Source: Octopus vulgaris
Lineage: Eukaryota
Length of the DNA: 64,000 nt
NCBI GenBank assembly: GCA_951406725.2
Contig: OX597815.1
Span: forward strand, 201,128,001 to 201,192,000
Direction: 5' to 3'
The position numbers were made by a program, and so were the translations under genes. Within the stretch, counting starts at the first letter, position 1, and the number at the start of each line of letters is the position of its first letter. The notes beneath the pieces are model-generated. The model saw nothing but the letters and a program-made list of their open reading frames with translations, was not told the DNA's origin and did no database searches. This document shows, piece after piece, positions 1 to 15,250 of this stretch.

Positions 1-1181
1 TTCTTTTCCGTAAACAAAGAACTGTCGTTTGTAAACGCCATAGAAAGACGTTTTTTACAGTTCTCAAGTGTCTTTGAATTGAATATTGCCTTTTCTCTTC
101 AACAACTCCTCATTAATAGCATTATCATTCAGGGAAGTCCGATATAATTCTTTTAGCCACAGTATTAGTATTTACATTTGTTACATTTGATTTAAAAACC
201 AACTTTGCACAAGCAAGCAGATTGTCAGTCCAGTATTCAGCTTCCAACGTGACGCAGAAACTGCACACATCACAGATAGCATGGGTCAAGCTCACCGATA
301 TGACACTGATTCGAGCGTGGATGCATCGATAATTCATATTTACCCTCTGCTGGTACATGATATTCACTATTCACAAACTCCACTTTTGAAATAATAGCAG
401 CGATAATAATCCATTAATATTTCACTTTTCCATTCCGTAGTCTCTCAGCCTCAAAATGTGAGTCACCAAGTATGACAACTTAATCAACATAAAGAATCTT
501 TCGGCTCCACACATCCAGGTAAAGAATTAGTTTTGAAAAAATATTTATATGCATCGTATAAAAATATCTACATGCTCTGCCTTGCAAAATAAATGGAGTT
601 TTGTCAGTTTCTTTTGGGAAGCAATTATTTTACCAAACCCAAATATAACAGGGTTGTTTCTGATAGCAATGAAATTTTATTGTGAATATTCACTTAACAC
701 AAGGCGGCACACTGGTAGTATTGCTAGCATATCTTAGTGGAATGTCGTCCATTTGTATGCTTTGAGCTCAAATTCTGCTGAGGACGACACTGCCTTTCAT
801 TTTCTTGGTGTCTGTTAAATAGTACTAGGGTTGATATAATGGACTTACATCCTACATTGAAATTGTTGGTCTTCACCAAACTCTGAAGCCAATATTCACT
901 GAACACGCGCATACACACGCACGTACACACACAAAGTCACGCAATTATATATATATATATATATATATGTATGGGCAGATATAAACAGAGGATACAAACG
1001 TAACTGAACAATTAAGAATTTCGTTTCACTGTTAAGCGCCTGCATTTGTATGTTTTTATTTCTTTTAAAAACCAAAACCCCAGTTTGGCCGAAGTCTGTT
1101 TAAACACCCGAGTAGCCGGTTCTTTGACGGATAGATTACACGATTATTACATATAACCAGCGAATTAAAAAGAATGTGTTG

Positions 1182-1284
<103 letters not shown>

Positions 1285-1813
1285 GTCCTACAGGCGTAAC
1301 AAAATACATTAACGCCAACTTTTGAGTAAGTATTATTGTCGACAGAACACTTGTACTTCGAATGCGTATCCGTATAATAAAACAGGCATAAGCGTATGCA
1401 CATGATTTTTATGTGTAAGTATGTTCCATTTCAATATATATAAATATCAGTATATTCACATAAAATATTTTCATTGTATCTCTGTACAATTAATACACAA
1501 GTTTCACGGCTAACTCAGTTTGACTGAAACACCGAAGTCATTCGTCAAACATCAGGTTTCAGATTAGAAACAGTATTTTGTTATTTAAATAGACGTAGGA
1601 ACAAATATTTGTTCTCAATTGTTATTTAAATTAATATAGTGAGATGGATTAGCTTATTATTACCTAATATATAAATTTCCGGCATATGAGTTACATAATG
1701 TTTTCGTGTATATTCAAACAAAATTTATAAGTACTCAATCACACTTTTCTGTCAACATATCATATGCCTAATTTATCAATCAATCTATTTACTTAAATGT
1801 GTGTTTCTTTCTC

Positions 1814-1903
<90 letters not shown>

Positions 1904-1986
1904 CGTATGTATATATAGATTTATATATATATGTATATGTATATATATATATATGTATATATAGATGTACATATAGACATCTTTAC

Positions 1987-2072
<86 letters not shown>

Positions 2073-2148
2073 GACTTGATTATATATATGTAGAGAAACA
2101 CACACACACACGCATACAGGCATCATTGGAATATGTATACAACTATGA

Positions 2149-2187
<39 letters not shown>

Positions 2188-2551
2188 GTGCTCGTTTAGG
2201 TGTATTTGCCTCTTTGTAAAACTCTGTGCACTGTGTAAAGCCAAAAATTGGAAGATGAATTGCTACTTTGAATTACGGATTTTATTATCATTAAGTTTAA
2301 AAGCAAGAAATTCTAGCTAGCTATTCTTTCTTGCAATAATTGTACAAATTGTTAAAATTGATTGATTACTGTTTTATATTTACTTTATTTTACCGTGAAG
2401 AAACCGTCTTTCATTAGGATCTGTGAAAAAAATGTATGCATGTATATATGTACATATGTAAATATATATTTTCATGTATGTGCATAAATATTTATGTGTG
2501 TATGTATATTTGCATATATGTACGTGTACATATACATATATATATATATAT

Positions 2552-2725
2552 GCATGTTGTCTTCCCTTCTCTGGATCTTTCCCTCTCCTATGTTTCCGGC
2601 AAAGAGCTCCCCTCGAAACGTTAAACCCTCCCTTCCTTCTTTTCTGAGCGTCCAATAATACTATATTTGTTCCACGTCCTCGCGTTGTTGTATTTTTTTG
2701 TGCTTTCTTGTTTGGATTAACTTTA
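2552..2725 (+). mobile_element. Penelope-like pseudo-LTR remnant with a degenerate minimal hammerhead (2592-2626)
   Basis: GTTT-CCGGCAA-A-GAG(ctccc)CTC-GAAA-CG-TT-AAAC hammerhead topology; T-rich tail resembling the pieces at 15966 and 50131; flanked by TA runs. Confidence 0.6.
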
Positions 2726-3115
2726 TATATATTAAATACAAGAATGGAAAACATCCTATATATACATGCATAATTTTGGCGCCGTAAGTATGTATAAACT
2801 GTTACGAAAGGTGATATAAAGATTTTATGGAATTGTGGATCTCGAAGCATACACTGAACTATAAGTAATAGCATATGAGTATTGGTTTGGAAATCCCTTT
2901 TCGAAACAGAAAAATGATGAGTAAATAATTTAGGAGGAGTAAATAATTCATTCCGATTTTCAATCTTCCATCATTTGCATCCACCACCCTCTCAAGATTT
3001 CTGTTGTTCTATTCGTATATGGGCCACATGCTCAGGGCATGAAGACCGCCTGTAAAGCCTGGGAATGCTATCAAAACCTACCTAGACAACATCTCCAATG
3101 TGTGAAACTATTAGT

Positions 3116-3498
3116 GGAAGCACTCCGTCGGTTACGACGTCGAGGGTTCCGGTTGATCCGATCAACGGAACAGCCTGCTCGTGAAATTGTCGTGTAAGTG
3201 GCTGAGCACCCCACAGACACGTGTACCCTTAACGTAGTTCTCGGGGGTATTCAGCGTGACAGAGAAAGTGACATGGCCGGCCCTTTGAAATACAGGTACA
3301 ACAGAAACAGGAAGTAAGAGTGAGAAAAAGTTGTGGTGAAAGAGTACAGCAGGGATCACCACCATCCCAGCCGGAGCCTCGTGGAGCTTTTAGGTGTTTT
3401 CACTCAATAAACACTCACAACGCCCGGTCTGGGAATCGAAACCGCGATCCTATGACCGCGAGTCCGCTGCCCTAACCACTGGGCCATTGCGCCTCCAC
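3116..3498 (-). mobile_element. Full-length tRNA-derived SINE with 13-bp target-site duplication (TSD)
   Basis: Minus-strand head GGAGGCGCAATGGCCCAGTGGTTAGGG...GGTTTCGATTCCC (Pol III A and B boxes); TSD TGAAACTATTAGT at 3103-3115 and 3499-3511. Confidence 0.9.
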
Positions 3499-4221
3499 TG
3501 AAACTATTAGTAGCTCATAATTATATACTGTGCACATTAAAATATATTTGTCTCTAACTGGATGAAAAGAGTAAAAGTAAACTACACACACTCACACATA
3601 TACACAACAGGAATAACAACAACGCGTACACTACAACACATAAACTACACGTACACTACAAGACAGAAAAGCATGCACACAAACTACAATATGGTTGAAA
3701 ATGAAAGTATGAGTAGAAATTAAATAGGAACACAATGAAAGATACCCCTTTCACAGTATAGATATTTCAACTCTCGTAAAGGTCGAGGCAATATATATCA
3801 GTCGAAGCAATATGTATCAGTCGGAATACATTATTTTAATGTAACTTAGTATCAAGTACGTTTTTCGCCAGTAGCATCGATACGACTTAACCATTGCAAA
3901 AGTGAATACGTGTTCATCAAATTTGTGAACGGAATCGTAATTTAAGTGTAATATTTTGTTTTCGTAATTCTCAAAACAGTTTATCAAAATGAGTGGATAG
4001 AATACACTTGAAATACGTTTCTAATAAACGTTGAAAAGTCTCAAAAATCAATATTTTTACTAAAGGCTTCAATCAAAAGCTATAATCACCTTTATATCGA
4101 ACTGTATCGTGATGATATTTACAAAACTACATGAAGGCAGGGGTAAATAGAATATAATAAATTCAGGGTTTTTAAATAATCTGATATTGCTTAAGCAGCA
4201 CAAAGATGTAGTCTTAACATA

Positions 4222-4530
4222 TGTTTCTTTATTCGCCACACGGGGCTGCACCCAGACGGAACAGATTACAAAGTAGAGCTTTGGGGGAGGGGAGAGAAAA
4301 AAGTGGGGTAGGATTTCGATCGAAAAGGGATCGTAAAAGAGAAAGAAAAAGTGATCAATAGGAATCATTTATCACGGAAATGTCATGATGTAAAGTGTAA
4401 AGGGGAAAGCAGATAAGGTTTATCCGTGGAAAGAAAAGCCCACGGAAAAAATGTCAATAATGTCACATGCTAACACATTTGTTTGCACGTAAGTAACCCC
4501 TATTTTAAATTTTTCCGGGTTCATAGGATT
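4222..4530 (-). mobile_element. Probable LINE 3' UTR fragment
   Basis: Pyrimidine-rich on the minus strand, ending GCAGCCCCGTGTGGCG-AATAAA-GAAAC; internal hairpin TCCGTGG...CCACGGA. Confidence 0.35.
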
Positions 4531-7500
4531 ATAGATAGATTATAATAAGAGATACATAGATATACACATACATATATATATATATATACATACTTATATA
4601 CTTACATACATTCATACACACATACACATATATATATATAATGCATGAGATCGATTTCTTCGAATATTGGTAATGCTCCAGTATGGCCGCAGTCAAATGA
4701 TTGAAACTTGTAAAAGAATGAAAGACTATACAAGTATATATAGACATGGACAGAACGAATATTGCATAACGTGTTATGTGTTGAAATATATTTATTGAAT
4801 ATTAGAACCCGGAAAATGAAACGATACATTAAAAATACATTTTATTAAAACAGAACTTTTATATAAATTGTATCCTCTGTGTATTCAGTGCTATAACTAC
4901 AATGTGTGTTATGGACACTACTCGGAGCTCCTCACTTCCGAATTAGAAGGAACGTAGCTAAATTTGAGAACATTGAATGCATTGATCGCAATAAATATAC
5001 TTGTTATGAGAAATGGGAGATTTACGACACGTCAAATGGTCACTCGCTCAATAAGCGAACATCATTTACAAAGCAGTTAAATATCGTCATTGTTTAGGAC
5101 AAATGCCTGTAGCATGCGAAAGTGAACGTCAGAATTATTGCTGTTCTTTGTTATCAAGGTGTGGTATTTGGTAGTTGAACAGAAAGCGGAGAAAAGCTAT
5201 TATTAACTGATAGGTTCAGCGGTAACTTCGGTAGATATGCAGGAATGTATCGCAATAATTCGTAGAAATTATAGATAAATTTCGTATGTATTGTATTATA
5301 TGACAATGACAGAACTATGAGAAGAATGCAAAACTTATAATTTCTGAAGACAAAGTACTTTGTTCTTTCATGTGTAGCAATTATGTGTGAAAATACTGGA
5401 TAAGAACAAAGTAGAATAGAACGCGTTTACTTCTAATAGAGACATAACAAACAGTTTTTCTTTGGGAAGGAAAAGGTGGATATTATATGCCCCATATAAA
5501 TATTCACAAAGAAAATTAAATGTGTGCAGGTACTATAGGCTACTCAACACTGATTAGTAGGTTTCAATGGAATAGTATATTAAGAATTAGAAAATAAAAC
5601 TGAATAACTTCAAAGTAATACCTTGAGACATTCGTTCGGCCGATTTGCGGGCCGCAATAACAAAACATCCAAATAAAAGGAATTAGATTTTAAAGTAGAA
5701 AAATGCAATCTATAGTAACCATATAAACCTAGGTAGTATTGTCACACATATCATTTTGATGAACCAGCTAGGGGTCACCTTTTTATGACCAGTATGTATT
5801 GGAAGTATATGCCCCCAAAATATAAGCGGGAGAGAATAAGTAAGTACATCATTGTTCAGAAAAGAATCAAAAGACCCTAAGTTATGTATAGTCATTAAAT
5901 GAGCAAAATATAATCATTGATCATATCAAAATAAATTTCTGGCATTTTAAACTTATGGAAAACCTTCTCCTGTTGTATCGTGTACAATGCAAAGTTTCAC
6001 GTAATTCAATGACATCTCTCACACTAGTTACGACGAAATGGGATTTGAAATAATTAGAGATGCTGTTCACAGCGGCCCGTTTTCCGTGTTCAACATTGCA
6101 AAAATTAGAATATGTAATATTCTTATTAATCAAAGCGTATACTCACATAGACACACAGACACACGTACATACACATGCGCGGGCACACATGCACATATAC
6201 ACTCAGATATATATGCACATATATATGTATACAGACTGACGTACGTACGTACAAGTATGAACGTGTGTGTTAGAGAATTAGAGAGAGAGACAAAAGGAGG
6301 GATGAGGGAAAGTATACTGTACTAGACTAACAGAGTTGAAGGTAAGTCAAACAGTTGATACAACTACCACATTCTTAAAAAATAAAAGGCATTTTATGAG
6401 TAATCGAAGCTCTTGTGGGCTTCCGTTAAAATTCAGATGTAGTATAATTATGTGGAATACTTTCTAGCAGTTTTAAATTTTATCAGTAATAGTATAATTG
6501 TGCGGGCATGTGTATGTGAGCGTGTCTTTCGAAATATTCGAGATAAACGATTATAATATATGAGGATATATGCAGACCCCCCTGAATAGTATTGTTTATT
6601 ATACAGCAACAGAATACTAAACGTCATCTCATGAATTTAGTGCACAATATATTGCTTGCACATGTGTCATGACAAACGCATGAAGAAAGCTTGTTAGTGC
6701 TATCTGGATATAGTGACATACGGAATGCATCGAACTTTATCTAAGTCTTCTACCTTCAGAAACCTGTCTACTTAAGTTTTGCTGCCATTAGTGTTGCTTC
6801 TTTCCTTCAGGCTGCAGTCAAAATTCATCACACCATCTGATTCGATTCCGTATTTATGAGAATTTATGGTCAATGAAGACTAATGCTTTTATTATTCGTC
6901 TTCCCTTATACAAGTTAAACTTCATTAGTCAGCTTTCTTGGTGATTCTACGGGGAGAGCTTATATTATAACGGGTAAATACGTTCTCGAATCTCATAAAT
7001 AAGTAGGTATAAAATCCTCTTCAGCTGTTCTGATTTTTAGTGTATTTTTGTGTATATATGGAGTAGATTTGCGTTTGCGAATGTATATGGAAACACATGT
7101 TTAAATTATATGAACACTTACCCCGTGTTCAGGAGTGAATACATTTTAGCGATCGAATGTACTTATATACTCATATACGTTTGTATATATTTGTTGTGTA
7201 ACATATGGATTCCTAATATTGAGTGACTATCACAGAAATGTCCGCTGACGTACTCGACTAACATACGACGTATTAAACTAATACAGACGAGCACAAAGCA
7301 GAGTTTTATGCAGCTGAAATCCAGGAGATCTTTCAATGAAATTATACTATAAGAATGATATAAACCATAAAAGTCAGGAAGATGAGAGATGGATATATCT
7401 AAACGTTTGTCATCCTTATGATTACGGCAGTTTGCAGCCTTCTTCGAGTAATCATTATTTCTGTACATGATTAATTATGTTTAAATGTCTGCACTATCAT

Positions 7501-8697
7501 GCTTGCATCACATTATACTAAACAAATGTATCAATGTAGATATAGGAAATAAGCTCACCTGATCAACAGATTATGAAAGTTACACCAATAATTCATTCTA
7601 AGTATTCATACAAGAGTATTTTCCATCTTTAGATATAATGTATGGAAGGCTGGGGGTAGATAAAATTAGTTAGCAATGGTCTGTAAAGAAAAAAAAAATA
7701 TGTTGCTTCATATCAAAATGGTGGACCTCATTTCAGGGAATTGGCTATCCTTAATATTAGCAAAGACCAAAACCGAGAAAGAGTAAGGTAAATTATATTA
7801 AATATAAACCAAAGTACATAGCTTTCAAAATTATATGATTGATTGATTGATTGATTGATTGATTCTAGTTTCAGCTCACGAGCTGTGGCCATGCTGGGGC
7901 ACCGCCATTTGGTGTTGCTACATGGTTTTACTTCAACAACAACAAAAAAAATTCAACCGGAAAGACAAAGCTGGAGATATAAACATTATACCAAGGGATA
8001 GAAATGAACAGCAATCAATTCCAAATAAGTTTAAAAGTTCAAACGATCCCACATAAAAATTTATGATCTTACGTTAACTATAGATTATTAGCTTTTTATT
8101 TACTACCACGTCAAGTTTAACTTTATTCGCATGCATAAAAACTTCTTTAAATACTTTACACAAAGTAATGTTTTCAACTGTCAGATCATATCTTAATTCA
8201 AATATAGCGATGCCTTTCCATTCGAATACAAGTTTTTGTCCTACGCTACTTATTTGGAGTTCAACACTTTCTGATCTCCTTAACTCATCTATAGAGTGAA
8301 CATCTCTGATACCTCTTTACTTATATTTTAATTTACCGTTATAGTTTTTCAGTCATACTTAATATATAACTTGACTCACATCTCTTTCTCATAAGGATAA
8401 ATATGGATCTCCTAAATTATATTCTTCTGCTCTTACCTTTCTCAAGTTCATTGTTTAATTTTGTTTATACTTCCTGCTCTGTATAGTACATCGATATATA
8501 TAATCAATGTTTAAATTAAATCTAATTAAAATAATCTAATTCAGTTCAATCATGAATTAGCAGGATTCTTATATCTCTGTACGAAACGATCGTCTGCAGG
8601 AATTAAAATTCTCTTATATATTTTTACAACTTGTCTTCTCCATTTTAACGAAATTGTTGAGTTTTATGTGGTTTCTTTCCATAAATTCACCACACAT

Positions 8698-8742
<45 letters not shown>

Positions 8743-10074
8743 GTATGTATACAGAAGCAGAGGGACAAAGACATAGATACATAGATAAATACGTAGATAG
8801 ATAGAAAAATAACAAAAGAGGGATGATGGTAGTGCGTAATTGAGAAACGGAAGCATAAATACAATGACACTATATTGGTCAGTTGCTGAAAAGAAAATAA
8901 GATGGTCTTGAGTAGTATATGAAACTGTTTGCCCTACAATAAAATTTTGAAGAGGAAAAACGTCGTTGAAGGACAAAGGTAACAACTAACACGGAGAGTT
9001 GACAAATCTTCTGACGAATATATATCTGCCTGTTTGCTTTCGAAAATTTGGAAATAATAGAAGTCTGCAAAAGCGTAATCGTCTCAAGGAGAACATTTAG
9101 AAAACATATGTGTATACAGATGATAGTCGAAACCGGTTTAGTTAATGGGGGAAGTTTGAAATAGTGGCAGGAGAGATAATGTACAAATTCATAATCGCGT
9201 ATATAGATATTAAAAGATGCCTATAGCTGTAAGATGAGATCATAGATGCAGCTAAATATAAAATGTAGCACTTAAAAGGTATCACTAAAGCTGGAGAGTA
9301 AAAACTATGTAGCATAAGAGCTTACATATTTAACTAAGAAAAAGCAAAATAGCATCTTAAAGAAGTGATATTAGCAAGAAGGTGATGGCATAGTTTCCGC
9401 GATTCAGAAGACAATTGGAACTTTCTCGTAACACCATTTGTATGCAAATAACGTTGATTTCACACGTTCTTAGCATTTTAATAATGTAATGAGTATTGAT
9501 GTATGTTTTTGTTCTTAATAGTGTATATGACTAAGTAATGAAGTGGGAGTTTTATCATATGCAAATGAAAATAAACTTTTGCCAAAGGACATATATCACG
9601 AATGACTTTTTAATTAATTCTTATCACCAACTTTTTGTTATCTACTATTAGTAAATATCGTTCACCGATAATTTACACAATTCGTGTTTATAGCTAAACT
9701 TTTATTTATATTATGTTATGTAGACGCACAGTACGCTACAATAACCAAAATGTATCGTTAGAGAGAAAAAACTACACAGCAAATAGAAGACAAGATACTT
9801 TTCGAATATCACTTGAGGAACTGCACAGAGGTATCATAATTGTACGTACAACATCTCACCTGCAAGGTACCACTACATGATTGCTCGAACCGATCATAGT
9901 GTTTCTAAATATTCCGTGAAACCCATTTTCTTTCTCCGATAATTTTTATAAACACTGCACATACGTACCATGGCATATACCGCCATACTTTTATCGTAGT
10001 ATAATAATGTGAACGGGTTTTCATCAGCATACTATAAGGTGTATATTTGAATAATAAATTATTACTTATAACAA

Positions 10075-10118
<44 letters not shown>

Positions 10119-10119
10119 C

Positions 10120-10157
<38 letters not shown>

Positions 10158-12023
10158 CATTTAAAATATATATATATATAAAACCATGAAAAATGTGGGC
10201 GCATGCGGGTTAATATATAAACGCTATTGCACCAAGAAAAGTACAGAACATTTTTATATATTTACAGTAGAATTTGTTTAATTCGTCACCACTAAAAGAA
10301 ACTAAGAATTACTTCAAATTAAAATTATATTGTGCTTTATTAAAATTTACTACATTATATTAAATCAAAAATTATAAAAACTTTACTTATTTTTTCTAAA
10401 AATAAGCCCATCCGAGTTGAACTATATGCGCTTAAATTCAGAAATTCTTTTTATTTAACTTTATTTTATTCAGAAAATAAAATGGTTTAAGCAAACATAT
10501 TGAAGTTTGCATTTAAGCTTATGGGCAGTATTTTAACATGAAATAAAATCAAACTAATTTTATAAACATACAATAGAAGTGTCAAATTAGTCCACCCTGG
10601 AAGATAATTTAAAGTGATTATTTAGGTGTAGTAACTAATTAGCCAAAGACGAATTAGGCTAATTCTGCTGTATTAACGGTAATAAATTTTACTTACGATT
10701 TGTGTGACAGATTATTTTTTTTAATCTCAAAGAATTAACTGAGCCTCTGGTTGATTTTAAACTAGGTACTGACCATTCTGTCGCAATCCTTTTATTTTGT
10801 AATGGGATTTTAATTCAAATGAAAAATATCTTGTGCAATATTGTTTAAAACTTCATATTTTATTGCTTGTAGTTGATGCAGCTAAATGAAATGATTATTT
10901 TAATTGTATATTTCAAAAGACTCGATTAAATTTTTTCTTGTTTAAATTTATTTTTGATTAATTTGTACCATGTATTTAAAGAAGCATATTCTCATAATAA
11001 ATAAAATAAATTATCTCAAATTTACCTAATATAAGTTTCCTTTTGAGGTGAGGAATTCTGCAAATTCTGGTGTAAAAATCGGGTTCTGTACATTTCCAGG
11101 TGTAATAACTTTAACATATTAATATGCATGTGTTCATTTTTCATTGTAATCCACTTTTTCCCCAGGCAATGAAATAAAACTAATAAATATTCTTTTGTTA
11201 AAAGATATTTGAATTCTTTTTCATTACCAAATTTCACTATAAAAACTATCTTTCTATATAATAGTGAAAATTAATCTAATAGTAAATTTATAATATCAAG
11301 AAATAAAAGTGATATATTTATATGTAGCTACCAAGAAGAGGCGTGACAATATATCAACTATATAGTAAGAAGACAATTTGATCATAGGAATAGTAAAGCC
11401 ATGATTAATATAAAAGTTTTTTAAAATGCAAAAATAGACAATGCATCCACCGTAAAGAAGGCGGATCCATCTGGCCATGTTAAGTCAAAGTTAGTTTATT
11501 AGTCGAAATTCATGAAATATGAAAATAAACCTGCAATTCAGGTACTGTACTTGTCAACTTGCCCCTCAACGGCATCAATGCGCACCGGCCTCTCTCACTG
11601 TTACGATTAACTGCTTATCAAATAAAGCTCAATATTCTTCTAGCCTTCACTCATTGTCTCTTTTTAACGAAATCTAGTGGCTGGCCTTTCCCACTGCAGT
11701 TTGGATATCGCTAATGGTGTCATTTACCTTACGATGAGTTATTAACTTTCCCAGTTTCTCCACTGTTTATCCTGTCATTTTATAAAGATCTGGATATACC
11801 TTGTTTTCAAGGTATATCCTCTCCCTTTAACGCTAAGTATTCGCCACTCCCACCTGTCTTCCATCCATAGGCGTTTTAACAGTTTCTTATGAGTATGTGA
11901 TTGGGAGTTCCTGTGCATTTTTGGTTTGCTTGTGTATGTGAGTGTGTGTGTGAGTGGTAATGAGGAAATGCTGACCTTAAGAATATTATTCACACACTGC
12001 CGTGTCTGAATGATATTTTAATA

Positions 12024-12382
12024 TATCAGGCTGAGTAAAACGTAACCAATGTTTTGAAACACGAAATAATTCAACACAATATATTTCACAAATGCGGAAA
12101 TCCTATTCATCAAAGAAAATACCATTACAATCAACACATTTTTGCCAACGAGTTACAAGTTTCTTTATGCCGGTAGCATAAACATGTGGTGTTCTAGTGC
12201 TGATGAACTTTTTGAACACACTTTCAGCACCGGTTTGATTTTTTATCTCCTGTTGCAGAAAAACGTCTAGGTGCTTGAAAAAGTGGTAGTCGGTAGGAGA
12301 AAGGTCTGGAGAATAACCTGGGTGGGAAAGAAATTCGTAGCCAAGATCCCTCAACTTCTGGTGCGTCATTGGTGAAACGTGT

Positions 12383-12385
<3 letters not shown>
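12024..12385 (-). mobile_element. mariner (DD34D) transposon 3' fragment: transposase C-terminus plus TIR
   Basis: ORF 12103-12369 contains HPGYSPDLSPTDYHFF and GIKKLVTRWQKCVDCNGIFFD; TIR-like TATCAGGCTGAGTAAAA preceded by TA. Confidence 0.92.
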
Positions 12386-12453
<68 letters not shown>

Positions 12454-12849
12454 TGTGTGTGAGTCTGTGTGTGTGTGTGTGTGTGAGGTGAGTGTGCGTT
12501 TGTGAGAGAGAGCGTGTCTGAGTGCGCCTGTATACGTAAGCCTTCAACTGACTATCAGGAACTGTTGATATTAGGTAATCGCAATATAACTGTGCCAAAT
12601 TCATCGAGGGAAACGGGACTGCAAAAATATTGACACAGTAATGAATGAGCGAGAATTGTACGTGAGACAATTATAAATCGAGGAAAAGAGGGAGGGAGGA
12701 GAAATTGAAACAGAGAGGAAGAGAGAGAGAGAAAGTGAAATAGTGAAAGAGGTGGTTGGATTAATTATGCAATAATAATTTGTTAGGTATCATTGTAATT
12801 TGAAAATTCAATTCATTCGCTGGGACTGACCTGAATGGGCCTCTAGTCA

Positions 12850-13110
12850 CTTGAATCTGCATTTGACACAGCCTGTGATGACTTTGGCTTCACCTTCATC
12901 TTGAAAGACACTACGCGTGGTGCTGTTTGCATCAACCCCAAAAATTTCGTTAAAGGTAAGTCACTTGAGGATTGTTGACTCATTCATTTACCTTGGAAGG
13001 TTCCATCATTTGATGGAGATATGGACACAAATATATCAGGGAATCCAAAGGGCAGCACAAGCATTTGGTGATTTGGCGTCACGCGTTTGGCAAGTACATG
13101 TGAATGTCTA
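12850..13110 (+). mobile_element. RTE-clade LINE reverse transcriptase fragment (degenerate)
   Basis: Translation ACDDFGFT...VDSFIYLG...IQRAAQAFGDLASRVW matches the RTE RT C-terminal region. Confidence 0.8.
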
Positions 13111-13700
13111 GTGGAAAAGAAAATACTATTAATGTAGACTCATAGAATGATATTTTGGCTAACTTCAGAGAGATTATGAGTTCATAATCTAGAAATCTAT
13201 AAAAGAAGTTCTGAGTTGATATTTCTAAAGAGAATACAAAATTCTTACGTCGGTAAAATATATTGCAACTCCTCAATTCAAAACACAGTAAAACTTTTCC
13301 AGCTATTTATAATTATGCTACTTGTACAAAATTTTATATATTTCAGAACTGCTAAAGTGATATTATTTTCTTGCTCTCTCAGTCGACCTAACGCCCACCA
13401 TATAAGATTAAAATTATATACGAAGTTTCTTTTCTATTTTCATACTTTTGTATTTCTTCCTCCGTTTTCTCTCTTTAATATATATAGAGCTGATACTTTC
13501 TCCACACTGTCTTTTTTTGAAATACAGTAAGAATTAAGAAAAAGAAATGCTGAAAAACTGTTACAATGGCAATTATAAATCGGTTAAACGTAGGAAGCCA
13601 AAAGAAAAATATAGATTCTATAAAAATAGTTTTAAGTTCTCGTAGTTATTAGCTACACGTTACCGAAGCAAAGAGAAAAGAATATATGACGTGTGTAAAT

Positions 13701-13754
<54 letters not shown>

Positions 13755-14153
13755 ATATATATAAACATATATATATATATATATGAAACAAAACCTAAGA
13801 GAAAACACATGTCACGCACAAACACAGGTCCACATAGACACGGACAATCACATAGACAAACGCACATATATAGTTACTCGCAGGTGTACACTTTATTATG
13901 GGTGGAGGTTTTTCGAAAGGAGTTCCTGCAAATTGAACAGTATCCATGCTTGGAGAAATGTATTTAAAGTAGCATTGGAATGCACGGATGCAAGTCATAA
14001 CAATAGACACTGTAACCAAAACAAAACAAGTAACATTATGCACTGTCAATGAACTTACCACACGATGCATATGTTTCCAACTATGCATTGTTTTAGCACT
14101 ACACTTTTACGGGAACTAAAACAACATTTCGTTGCAGATATACACACACACAA

Positions 14154-14201
<48 letters not shown>

Positions 14202-14604
14202 GCGTAATTGAAAAAGTTCATTATGGGTGTACCATATACCATATATCAAGATACCATAAATAAGTATAAAAATGAAGAAAAGATGTTAAAAAATCAAAAT
14301 TGGATTTAATACATACGGACGTTTCAAAAGACAATACAAATATTTTCTATAACATCGTGGAATTTTTGCAGGTTGCTTGCTAATTTGAAGTGTTCAACTT
14401 TTTAGTTTTTCGGTATCTTAGGACCAAAATGTCGACTTTTAGGCTTTATCAAAACATTCATTTTTCCATGAAATAGATGACATTTAGTCAAGCTCTCTGC
14501 TCTTATCATTGACAAAACACTCGAAACATTTTTCATATCACGCTTTCTGGTCAAAATATAATCTATGAGATGCCACTCGTTAGATCTTGGGTGAATAGAA
14601 GTGG

Positions 14605-14728
<124 letters not shown>

Positions 14729-14750
14729 ATATATATATATATATATTTAT

Positions 14751-15250
14751 TTATTTATTTATTGTTTGCTTAAACAGAGTGTTGGTAGCAACCACATCAT
14801 TCTCAGTACAAAGCGTCAAAAGTGCTACACCATTTTTATTACATTTTCCAATCCCTAAACATGGCCTAAAACTGGCCATGAAACATAGTCTTGCGTTGAA
14901 ATCTCCCAATATGACCAGCTTTTCAGAATTTTGTACTTTCCTCAATAATTTGTCTAGATCATCATAAAACTGTCCTACATTTTCATCAGACTGAGACATT
15001 ATTGGTGAATAAATACTCCCAACGATAATAATTTTCCCTTCTGTTTTTCGAGAAAGAGCTATGCTAGTCTTTCAGATCCTGCTGAGCAGGCGTGATTAGA
15101 AGTATATTCGTGAGTCTGGCACACTACATGCCACTGCCTAAAATCTACGAAAATATTTACGAGGTTTCCTTTCATATACTCCAGAAGAAGATCCGTGTAT
15201 CTGACATTATAAAATTGCCGAGACTATTTACAACTATTTCCTTTCATCAG
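14751..15250 (-). mobile_element. RTE-clade LINE AP-endonuclease fragment
   Basis: FYDDLDKLL...KLVILGDFNAR...GIGKCNKNGVALLTLCTENDVVATNTLF is a typical RTE APE domain; upstream boundary approximate. Confidence 0.88.

Noticed and set aside
8075-8320. About 80-codon stop-free stretch on the minus strand
   Set aside because: No start, clear splice signals or recognisable motif
9115-9140. CAGATGA-tagtc-GAAA-CCGG-TTT hammerhead-like string
   Set aside because: Stem II and stem I cannot form; may be chance or a remnant
10200-11500. Mitochondrial insertion (NUMT), suspected from AT richness
   Set aside because: No recognisable mitochondrial protein, rRNA or tRNA motif under the invertebrate mitochondrial code
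14270-14400. Minus-strand ...GAAA-CGTCCG-TA motif and possible PLE end
   Set aside because: Core and stem I are too degenerate to support a call
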